Program-made: the position numbers and the translations under genes | The notes under the pieces: generated by a model | Seen by the model: the letters and a program-made list of their open reading frames with translations, nothing else | Told to the model about the DNA's origin: nothing | The model's database searches: none | Source: Callorhinchus milii | Lineage: Eukaryota | Assembly (NCBI RefSeq): GCF_018977255.1 | Contig: NW_024704742.1 | Span: forward strand, 98,520,001-98,584,000 | DNA: 64,000 nucleotides | Reading direction: 5' to 3' | Part shown: piece by piece, positions 12,036-23,100 of the stretch | How positions within the stretch are numbered: the first letter of the stretch is position 1 | Layout of the letters: the number at the start of each line of letters is the position of its first letter

Positions 12036-13141
12036 CCTATAATAAGAGTTTACCTTAGACTATCTTTCTACTTCCAATACACAGTAGGTGACATTTAATT
12101 GTACATCAATCCCTTATATCGCTACTAAAATAGCTATATGAGTTAAGAAGGTCCCATCCTAAAGCATGCACCAAGAAGTTGATTGGAATTCAGTGCAGTT
12201 TAGCTTTTAAAATGTTTTCCTACTTATTTTAGTTTGCTTCTTTTCTCACAGAGACTGCACAATTACCTTAATGCTGTGATTTCCATTTCAAATTCAACAC
12301 CACTTGGGAGTTCTTTCTTCAATGTAAACTATCTCGAATGAAATAAGTATTAACATTAATATTCTTTTGGATTAACTGCTTAGATCAAAGATACCAAATC
12401 TGACTGTTAGAATGGATAGTGCATTAGAAATTCAAATTGCTGTATCAGTGAAATCTTAGATCATTCTTGTATTTTCAAAGAGAATATTCACTCTGGTGAA
12501 AAAAATAGCTTCACAAAGGAAGGAGGATATTTCTCTTTATCCAATACATTCCTGACGACAATACTGTGAAGTCCTCAAAATATCTATTTCTGTAAGACCA
12601 TTAAGCTATGATTACTCCAGTTATAACACAAATCCAGCCCAGCAAAGTTACAAACAAAACAGTGCATGGTTGCTTTCTTTTTGTTGTAAAAATGTCACTG
12701 ATGGGAATGGCAAACCTCAGTGCTAATGGTACTTTTGTTATCAGTGAAATTAATCTTTCCGGTACTCAAGTTAGCCTTTAAGAAACATATCATCATTTTA
12801 CTATTAGTTGAAAAATGTACCAGATCATTTAAGTAATGTTATCCATGCGCCTCTATAGAAGAATATTATAACACAAACCAATTATGCTTAGGAGACAAAG
12901 GATTGTGACTGAGAGTTGTGATAGGTAAAAGGTTCCAACTGGCATTACATAATCATACATTAAAAAAAAATGTCAGTTACACTCCAACTCCAATATCCAG
13001 AAACTTATTTTGCTTCCAGCATAGTTTACAAATCCTGAAAATTTTTTTTTCTCTTTTCCTGATTTGAGCATTAATATACCAACTTGTTAAACTTTACCTG
13101 TGGGTGGAGTGGCATTTAAAGCTTGGCACAGAGCAAATGGC

Positions 13142-13480
13142 TGTCAGTCTGGCTTAGTTGGTAGCACTCTTCCTTGGGGTCAGAAGGTTGAGAGTTCAAG
13201 TCCCTTGCTGGGGGAGTGCTGCAATGTCACAGTCATCGTACTTTGGATGAGACATTAAACTGGGTTCATTCTGCTTGTTTAAGTGATGTTAACGATTTCC
13301 TAGCAATATTTGAAGAATATTTTTCACAGTCTCCAAACCAACAAACCCTAGAGCAAAATCTGATCATTTACTTCACAACTGTTGAAATCGTGATGATCAT
13401 TGGTCATTTCACTTCCTTGGGACGTCCTCCCGATGCGAAAGGCGTAAATGCAATTTGTTGCTGTTGTTTGAGGGATATTG
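13142..13480 (+). mobile_element. Old Deu-domain SINE with an inserted L2-type tail
   Basis: tgtcagtctggcttagttggtagcactct..tcagaaggttgagagttcaagtccc head; ggatgagacattaaac; ttgggacgtcctcccga tail near 13420. Confidence 0.75.
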
Positions 13481-13917
13481 CTTGTGCTGGTAACAATAGT
13501 GACTCAGGCTGCAAACGGATAGTTTTTCATTATTAAGGAATTTGAACAAATCTGGAATTTCTATCCTCAAAGTAACAAGGTTTAAACTTTTGAAATAACT
13601 CCATGAAGCTTGTGTGGAACTTCAGGAATGCACTTCACAGTGTTATTGTTCAAACCTAGTGTCATTGGATTTGAAATTGAAGTTGCACTTTTGTTAATCC
13701 TGCAAACGTGTTTGAAAATGGGTGCAAATTGTGGCTTCATCTATGATAATTAACATATCAAAAAAATCTATTATGAAACATCAAGAGTTTTCAACCCATT
13801 ATGTTTTAGTTGTGTCAATATTTCCACACGCAGCTGTGAGGTCAGAATAAAAGAGGTTTGATGGCCAATATTGGAAGATTAACATTGTAATCCAGAAGGA
13901 CCAAACATGGAAGGTCG

Positions 13918-14151
13918 AAAACAAAAATAGGAGTCGCTGGGAACACTCAGCAGGTCAGGCAGCATCTATGGAGAGAGGAAAGTGAGTCATCGTTTCGGGT
14001 CCATGACCCTTTGTCCCATTCTGATGAAGGGTCATGGACCCGAAACATTGACTCACTTTCCTTTCTCCATAGATGCTGCCTGACCTGCTGAGCAAAGCAA
14101 CTTCTGTTTTTGTTTTCAGATTTCCAGCATCTGCAGTATTTTGCGTTTTGT
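13918..14151. mobile_element. Palindromic non-autonomous Penelope-like-element-derived repeat with 15-bp TSD
   Basis: Inverted arms 13946-14011 and 14027-14092 (63/66 match); tail cagatttccagcatctgcagtattttgc; TSD aaacatggaaggtcg 13903-13917 / aaatatggaaggttg 14152-14166. Confidence 0.8.
14016..14054 (+). ncRNA. Minimal type-I hammerhead ribozyme-like motif (probably decayed)
   Basis: CTGATGA (14021-14027)-A-GGGTC-ATG-GACCC-GAAAC (14042-14046); helix II perfect, helices I and III imperfect. Confidence 0.6.
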
Positions 14152-14604
14152 AAATATGGAAGGTTGTTCATTCAGACAGGAATTGTGCTCCTGGGCATTC
14201 CCTCAGATAAAGTGCTGTGGATGCCTTTGTGATGACAAGAGTAGGAACATGCTTTGACTTTAGCAAAAAAAAGTAATAGTTCAGGAAATTCTTGTCGACT
14301 GTAATTACCATTGGTATTATTTCACTTAGAAATAAAATAACTATTATTAGTTGTAATGAATCCAATTCATTACCATCAAACTTGAAAGCTTACCCTTCTA
14401 AATTTCCCCAGAGATCCCACAACCATCAATTACCTAAGCATATTTTAGCTGCTCTCAACTTTATGTAACAACAATGAGGTACCAAATCAATTCTAATGGC
14501 TCCAACTATAAGAATTGCCCATACTCCACCAACTAAGCAGGTTGGAACTTTTCTTAACTCTTGAGTTTGGAACTTTTGTTAGTTCTTTCCTAAAGATCAG
14601 CAGA

Positions 14605-15018
14605 GTCACAGATCACAAAAGAAGTTTAGATGAGAAAGCTCTTCAGTCTATTTCATTTAATCTTTCCAGAATTTCCAGCCCACCTTCTTCCCATTACAGC
14701 ATCAAGCTGTTTCTTAAACCCCTTAAACCTCTTTCCTGGTAGCCTGCTCTGGTTGTTGCTTAACCTGAGTGTAAAGAAATACTTCCTGGTATCCATGCTA
14801 AAATTGTTTGTCAAAATTCTGAGTGTGTAACCTCTTCTTTTGCAGCTTTGATGTACCTGTCTTGGGTTTACATTGACTGTCCCATGTAACCTCTTAAATA
14901 CCTCTACAAGGTACATTCTGAGATGTCTGTTCAAAGCTTTAGAGCTTAAGGTTATTTAATCATTCATTTGAGCTCATCCCTTTAAGATTAGAGATCAGCC
15001 TCATTCATTCCTCTCTAG
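14605..15018 (-). mobile_element. CR1 3' fragment
   Basis: ORF 14653-14934: LVEVFKRL..RGYTLRI..RKYFFTLR..FKKQLD. Confidence 0.8.
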
Positions 15019-15035
15019 TGTTCATTATATATATA

Positions 15036-16138
15036 ACCGCCAGCAGCACATCTGCACAAACGGCTTCTCCTCCCGCTCTCACCCGGTTACCTGCGGGGTA
15101 CCCCAAGGATCCATCCTTGGCCCCCTCCTCTTTCTGATCTACATGCTCCCTCTTGGGGATGTCATCCACAGACATGGGGTACACTTCCACATGTATGCAG
15201 ACGACACCCAACTCTATTTTTCCACCTCCCTTTGTGACCCCCAGTCCCCTGATGTTCTGTCAGGCTGCCTGTCAGACACCAGGAGCTGGATGAGCGCAAA
15301 TTTCCTTCAGCTGAACGTTGACAAGACGGAAGCCATACTCTTTGGCTCTTGTCAATGTCTAAAATCTCATGGCTCTCACCTCCTCCACCTACCCAACCTG
15401 CCCCTAAAACTCTCTGAACCTGTACGCAACCTAGGCGTCAGGTTCAACCCCCAATTATCCTTCCTCCCCCACATCCGGTCCCTCATCAGCACCGCTTTCT
15501 TCCACCTCCGATGCATCTCTGCCAATACCTCTTCCCAAAAGCCGCTGAAATCCTGGTCCATGCCTTTGTCACCTCTCGGCTGGACTATTCTAACACCCTC
15601 CTCACCGGTCTCCCATCCACTACCATCCATAAAATCCAAATCATTCAAAGCTCTGCCACCCGCATTCTCACCCGCATGAAACTCGTCTCCCCGATTACCC
15701 CAGTCCTTGACAGACTGCATTGGCTGCCTGTCCCAGAGAGGATCGATTTCAAGATCCTCACCCTTGTATTCAGGTCCCTGCACTTCTTTGCACCCTCCTA
15801 CCTCTCTGACCTCCTCTCTCCTCAGCACAATACCTGTTGCCTTCATTCCTCCGGGTCTGGCCTTCTCCTCATCCCCCAAGTCCTCCGCTCCACCCTCGGT
15901 GGCCATGCCTTCAGTCACTATGCCCCGAGGCTCTGGCACTCCGTTCCTCACTCCCTCCACCTCATCCCCTCTCTTCCTATTTTCAGGTCTCCGCTGAAGA
16001 CCTTCTTTTCGACCGCGCCTTTGGTCACCTTCCCCCCCCTTCCCCTGACTTGGCCCCGGGATCCGTTACTGTGAAGTGCTCTGAGACGCCATCCAGGGTG
16101 GAGGGCGCTATATAAATCCAAGTTGTTGTTGTTGTTGT
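15036..16138 (+). mobile_element. 5'-truncated L2 LINE, frameshifted RT (pseudo-ORF2) with (TTG)n tail
   Basis: [54 protein letters not shown]; ends gcgctatataaatccaag(ttg)n. Confidence 0.95.
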
Positions 16139-16244
16139 ACATCTTTTGCACTCACCTATCATCCTAACTAAGGGGTTTTATCTGTCTTCCTTTGGGAGCA
16201 ACCTCACACCTGATCCCTAACTGGATATCATCGTGACTGTTTTC

Positions 16245-16436
16245 CAGTATCTTCCTCACCAGAGGGTAATTAATAAACGGAACATATTATTTGAAAGAGT
16301 GGTTGAGGCCAGGAATTTAGACTCATTCTTAAAAACACAACTTGATGAGGCAATAGGGAAATGCTAGAGTATTTTTCAAGGATGAGATTGAATGGGTTGA
16401 AGGCACTTTTTCATCCAAACTTCTGCTGTGATCTCT
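16245..16436 (+). mobile_element. CR1 3' end fragment
   Basis: ccagagggtaattaat..gtggttgaggcc..actcattcttaaaaacacaacttgat..gaatgggttgaagg. Confidence 0.65.
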
Positions 16437-16740
16437 TCTTATCTCAATGTTATTGTTTACCTTCCCCTATCTAGACTCTGATTCACTTGAATTCCACAAC
16501 TGCAAACTCTCTCACCCATCTTCCTTTAACACTAATCTTGCTCTTATAAGAACGGAAACAAATCAATAATTCAAATTAGCATGAATAGAACCAGTTAAGA
16601 ATAATTCATTAAATAGTTATCTGTATTGGTCAACATTAGCTCTGCACATTGAAAATAATTGCTTTTTAAAACAAATGCTGTGTGTACATTATCATTTTAC
16701 ATCTCCCACCATTATTAACAGAGTTTGTGTGGGAGTGCCA

Positions 16741-16985
16741 CCTCAAAGCACTTCATAGGATATGCTGTAAAGTGACTGTGTACTTCATAGGCAAATGTGA
16801 CAGCCCGTTTGCACATAGCAAGGTCCACAAACAGCTATGGAGTGAGTGATCAATTTTATTTGGGGGATTGTTGGCCAGGATATTGAGAGAAACTCTTCTT
16901 GTTTCAAAGAGAACCATGGGATGTTTAACACCCAGTTGAACAGGTAGACGAGACCTCAATTTAATGTACTCTAAGGATGGCAGCG
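16741..16985 (-). mobile_element. Old Deu-domain SINE, 3' two-thirds
   Basis: ttggccagga..ccatgggatgtttaac..cagg.agacgagacctc. Confidence 0.75.
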
Positions 16986-16989
16986 TAGC

Positions 16990-17395
16990 TAGGGAAGTCT
17001 ATATTCTGGAGTACTGTTTGCAAATTGATCACCTGATCTTAGGTAGAACATTATTACCCTTGAGAAGGTATAGAAATAAGCAACCAGGATGATTCTGGGT
17101 ATCAGGCATTCAAACTATGAGGAAAGGTTAAAGAAACTGGGCTTGTTCTTTTTGGGAAAGAAAAGACTTCAAAGATTTCAAAGTGACCTAATTAAAGTTT
17201 GCAAGATTACAAAGGGGATTGACAAAGTTAATGTAGGCAAATTATTCACTGTAGCGAAGGGTTCAAACATCAAGGGACACAAGTTAAAAATTAGGAAATT
17301 AGGAGTAAGGAGGGAAATCTGGCAGAATACTTTTACTCAGAGGATATTAGACTTGTGGAAAAAGTTCCCAAGGAAGCGATTCATGTGAGTAGTAT
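16990..17395 (+). mobile_element. CR1 RT C-terminal fragment
   Basis: LEYC remnant, then ORF 17089-17388 YEERLKKLGLF..DLIKV.KI.KG.DKV..GHKLK..FTQR...W. Confidence 0.9.
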
Positions 17396-18199
17396 TAACC
17401 GTTAGACTGCTGGCAGGTCAACAAGAATGCTCATTGTGAGCTGACCAGGTTTGTACATTTTCAGCTTTCGAATCAATATTATACTCATGTTATGGTAAGG
17501 AAACTGTTTTTTTCAATAACTATTATCATAATATTAACACTAACTCACTAAATGAAATACAGAACACACAATTTTAACTAAAATAAAACGTGTCTTCTCT
17601 TCATTTTTCATTACTGCTATTTTCTTCTCCTCCCTGTCATGACTCTTTTCAACTTTATTTTTACAAGCCTGCAAGTCAAAATCCTAACAGGTAAGGTGGT
17701 CTTACCTGGACCAGGAAAGTAAAGCTTCCCAAACAGTGCTCACAATGGCAAGCTACGCAGTTTTAGTTGGTAATTGGTTGAACTCCAGCAGTACCCCAAT
17801 GCACATTCTGGGATTCCAAACCATATCTCTCACCAACCTGCAATTAATGCATATGTGGAGCTCTCAGTTTGGTTTGCATACTCTTAAGCGTCTTCAAATA
17901 CTAATCTTTTTCCTATCCATTTCTAACTTTAATATGTATAAATCTTGACTTTTCTTGTTCTGACTGAAAAGTGAGAGCAATATTTTTTAAGAATTCTTTT
18001 TGGATTCAGGCCAGCTTTCAGGTTGTCTTTGCAGTCAATAGGAAGAGCAGGCTCCAATAATGTACTTGAACACCATTGATGGAGGCAACAACAACACTTT
18101 AAATTTAATTAGCGCTTTTCAGCTTTGGGAGGCTGTCTCAAAGTATGTCAATCTCTGACATGATTTTCAGATATAAAGCAGGAAGTTAGAAACAATTAA

Positions 18200-18410
18200 C
18201 TTATCAGATACACCAAGCCTTACCACCTACAGGACAAATGAATGCATAGCAAGTGTTGATGGATTCAAGAGATAATGAGATGCATTTCTAGAAAGAGAAA
18301 GGATTGAGGCATATCATCAATAGGCTTGTAAGTGTAATTGTCAATCAATAGGTACAAGGTTGTTGGGCCCAATGACCTTTACCTGGTCCTAATATTTTTA
18401 TTTTCTTATA
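18200..18410 (+). mobile_element. CR1 3' end, degenerate
   Basis: gatggattcaagaga..gatgcatttct..ggattgaggcatat..ttgttgggcccaatgacct. Confidence 0.5.
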
Positions 18411-18698
18411 GTCATTCAGATCTCTGAAGGTCACATTAGGGAAATCGATGCAGGATTAATAATAAACTTGAAGATGTGAAAAGCACTATATCAATTGCAA
18501 GGATTATTATTATTATTGTTATAATAGTCCCACGTCAGGACTTTGAACGCAAACAGTCTAGGCTGACATCCCAATGCAGTACTGCATTGTCAGAGGCACA
18601 AAATACAGTCACTACAATTTACAGTATATGCTGTAAAATGCTTTAACACATCCTTCCAACATGAAAGGCACTAAACCAAATGCAATGTTTATTATAGG

Positions 18699-18885
18699 AT
18701 AATAATAATAATAATCATTGCATTTGATATAGCGCCTTATCAAGTCTTCGAGACGTCTCAAAGTACTTCACAGAATATACTGTAAAGTGAATTAACTGTA
18801 TATTTTGTGGGCAAAACGCAGCAACCAATTGCACACAGCAGCGACCCACAAACAGTTGTGGATTGAGTGACCAAATTATTATTTT
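18699..18885 (-). mobile_element. Young SINE 3' half
   Basis: (AAT)n-ttgcatttgatatagcgccttatc..ccaattgcacacagc..cacaaacag. Confidence 0.85.
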
Positions 18886-19755
18886 TTAAATTTAATTTTG
18901 TTCAATTGATAAAGGATAAATGACTTTAGGGTCTCCAAAGCAAAAATGCAACAGTGATAAAAAAAATGCATTCCTTCTTTCCCCATTATGTTCCTTGATT
19001 TGGCTTCCCAATGATGAGATTTCATAGATTCTTTCCAGACTTGACATGCCTGGCTTAAAGCTATCAGTTAGTATGCATTCCAAATGGACTAATTTGCTTT
19101 ACGTCCCACCTGAATGCATCTTTCAAACTAGTATCTCTTTGGCAACTACGTTGGCTACTCTTTCATTGATCCTGCTCCGTAGAAAGTCATGGAATTGTGG
19201 CTAGAATGTCTCATGACACAATGCAAAATCTTTCTTTGCTTTGCCAACAAAGCTAAAAAAAAACAGAATTTGCCTTTAAATCACAAAACTACAGTTTTGA
19301 CTCATGTCCATATATTACTGTATTTCCAAAAGTAGGCTATTATTTTAATAGCTTAATAGCTGCAAAACTAGGGGTGACTTCTATAATGGAACTAACCTTG
19401 ATCATTTTAAAAGCTACAGAAGGCCAAATAATAAGTGAATGTATAATACATATAATTCTTTCTGATACCAACTTATTCGGCTGCATTAAACTCTTAATCA
19501 TAAACAGACTATTCATATAATGGTCTGCTTATAGTATATAGTTGAGCTCAATTGTTTCTACAATCAATGGTAAGTTGTTGCACTCCATTTGGGAAATTTA
19601 GTGAATTTATTCCCATGTAATTCTTAAATTGTAAATAACATTACATAAAAATGTAAAATTAAATTATACTTTTGAATTCTGTTACATATGTTTACAAGAC
19701 AAATGTACACATTTCCTAAACTTACTGAATGGAGCAGTATGGTGCTTAATTCTGT

Positions 19756-20112
19756 GGAGTCCTGTAGTGTATTGGTTAGAGCCCTCATCTCGCAATTGAG
19801 AGACCTGGGTTTGATTCCCAGCAGGGTGAAATGATGGGCAAGTTTCCTTACTCTACATGCTTCTGTTTAACTGGCAGTAAGTAGGAACCTGGTTGTTAGT
19901 CGATTGGCAGCTCTCTTTCCAGGGGTAAAAATCCCTTCAAAAAAAAATATTGGTGTCTCATTCCACGACTGTTTCTGGAACTATGCACAATTGCTTCCTC
20001 GTTTTGCCCACAAAATATACAGTCAATTACTTTATACTATATTCTGTGAGGTGTTTTGAGATGTCTTAACAATGTGATAAGGCGCTATATCAAATGCAAG
20101 GATTATTATTAT
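19756..20112 (+). mobile_element. Young tRNA-derived SINE, long form, full length
   Basis: ggagtcctgtag..tggttagagc (A box), gggtttgattccc (B box), internal segment ~19861-19930, tail gcgctatatcaaatgcaagg(att)n. Confidence 0.9.
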
Positions 20113-23100
20113 TTTTATTCCACATGCCCTACCGTAATGCCTTCACCATAAAGAGTGCAAACTGGGGTGGGGGCTTACCTTCTGTTATGTCCACTGCAAT
20201 AATTATCAAATGGAGTGCTAAATTGATACTACCAAATCTTCACCAGAACAGTCCATGCACCTTATACCAAACCGGTTATACAGTAAATTAGCTCTGAAAT
20301 TTAATACCTATACAGCTATGCTTCAACTCAGTCCGTGACAGTAAATAATCCTGAACTGAATAGGTCCCCTTAGCACACTAAGCACATTTGCTGCATCCTA
20401 TCAGTTCATTATCAGAGCAAGAAGCAGATAGCATCACAATATAATCTTTTTACTGTAAAAAGTATTATTATTCCCTTAGGACAGCAAGCATCTCCAAAAA
20501 TATATATAATGCCTTGTATTATATTCATTTGCATGTCAGAGTACATCAAACTGACACCATAGTCAATTTGTATGAAAAGCGAAGTAAGGTGAGGCAATGA
20601 TAGTGCACTATCCTGAATAATCAGAATAAGTTACTGAAGTGAGAGTTGACATTTAGATTCTGCAATGAGGGGAAATTGACTAAACAGTTAATGGTACACC
20701 AGTTACCTAACATTAAGAAAGAATGAACTCAAGCAGTTAAAGCTGCAGCACTCTCTAGCCAGATAAGAAGGCCACCAGTCAGTCACCCAATCTAATAATG
20801 CAGTTGAAGCTCATTCAGTCAAGGGCAGTAGGCAGCAGCGCTGGCAAGGTAATGAAGAAACGTCAGGCAAGGTAACAACAAACACAGTGTAACGGCAGTA
20901 TATCAGCAGCCAGAAATGGAGGTGCATAAGTAAAAAGTAATAGCCAAATATAGTAAAAAGAAATATAATAAAACGCTTTTTGCTCTGGTTAGTCGGTTCA
21001 TCTAATCAGGGCAAGAGCAGTGGAGAGTCAACTAGCAACACACAATATTTTAACAAAGAACAACTGACCAAAATAAAATTATAAAAGAAGCAGAATTATT
21101 GTGTGCCAACGACAAGGGCGATTGTTATGATAGACCAATGTGAGTTGACTTGAGTTGCAGTGCTGGTATCATGGAGCAGACCTCAAAGCAAAAAGTGATC
21201 CAAATTAACCCGAAATTGAATGTTACTTGTGAAGAAATCTGAAATTGAATTCAGATCCTTTAGATTTCTTGCTTGATTCAGATCTCACTCATTCTGATGT
21301 ATAACATGATAGAGAAGTTGTGCTCATTTTAGAGAATGAGTAAAATCTTGCCATTTTGACTTGCATAGAGTCAGCTTTCAAATTCAGATCTGGAATCAGA
21401 GGTCCTGAATTTTGAACTCTCTGAAACCAAATGTTAGGTATAGGACTCTGATACCATTAAAGTCCTTAATTGTACAGGATGCATACCTTTTGAAGTTAAT
21501 CCAAATCTTGTGTTTGTCATTAAGCTGTATATTTAAAGTAATGCATTATTTTGTCATTTCTGTTGATATGAAGGTGAGAATATAATGTTTCATAACAAAT
21601 TTAAAATGATCACATCAAATTGGTTATGAAACATTGCATTTTTCTCCCATAGCCTTCTCATTTGTATTGTTCATATGTGCTGTCATTCCAAAACAGATTT
21701 CAGTAATATGCTGCAAAATGAAATTACATCTTCAGATATATATTTAGCATTGTAGGAGTTGATTTTCAGGTAATAGCTTACCACCAGGCAGCATGTATTT
21801 AATACTTGTGCAAAATTAGAGAGCCATGGATATAAATGCTCCTGTACTTATTTCAAATGGATCAGAGGTGGCTCAAAGATAATTGCAGGACATTTCTAAT
21901 TTTCTCCATGCCTCCAGCCACTCTCTGATGGAAAGTTCTCCAATAGATACCCTTGGATTAAGCAATGAAGATTAACTTTGGAATATTAATTGTTAATTTG
22001 TCGGCAATATACTATCTATTGCAACAATCTGTCAAGTTTAATGCCCTTCTTAAGAACAGATTTTCATATCTATGTTAAATTATATTTTTGCCTGCAAGTT
22101 CGATGCATCTACTAATAATATTCTTTTTGTATTTTCAATCAATGGAATTAGCCAAAACATTAAGTCTTCAAGAGATCACGTACTCTGGTCTGACCATAGG
22201 GATTAATAAAGGTTTATTGACCTTCATGAACTGTGTGTGATTAGTTGTACCACTTCCCACTTGCTGTCCTGTTCGAGAGAAGATGTATTCTCCCCAGATT
22301 ATCTGAGCACAACTGAACCAGTGTGTAAAGAAACACAAACCTACATTAACTCTTTCAATGTTTGTCTCCCAGGATTTCATGTTATCAGCACATTGAGTCC
22401 AATGAAAGATTTCTTCATCTCAGTGTACATTCATCACAGTAGCCTCCAACATCATCTCTTTTAAAATGAGATCTTAAAGAAGCTAATCAGTGCAGCATCA
22501 CTGATCTTGTTAGGGGTGGGGGGAGGAGGGTGTTGTTCTTTCATTTCTGGTCCATGCATTCATAAATAACCAAGAATTATGGGATGAAAGTTTTCCCTCT
22601 CTCTCTGCTGCCGTCTAAGTGAATGTATTTGGGCAACATCAACTCAGATTCTGGTGGATCTGGGCCCATTGCACAAAATGCCTATGGGCTGGCACATTCT
22701 AGCACAAAATTGCAAATCTGGTTCAGGATAGCAATTGAAATTACCAGTGATTGGGGTTAATATTATTATTATTGTTATTATTAAGATATTGAGGTAAAGT
22801 AGAGGGAGCGTTATTCTGGATCAACTATACTTAAATTGTCTAATAGAATATGCAAAAATATTTCATTTCTGAATATTTATATCCTTCACCTTGAACACAA
22901 AAACAAAATAAAAATTAAATACAAAACAAGTAAGTCTTTTTTTTAATAGAATCACTAATAGCGAGTTACTTTCAGGATTTATGGAATTTATTTCACCTTG
23001 GAATTTATGAATGTATGCACCTGCAATGCTTGATCTGCAAATCGTTTGGGCAAGCAAAATCCAACTAGCTTCCAATGTAGGGAATAGAAAAATTTCCAAA

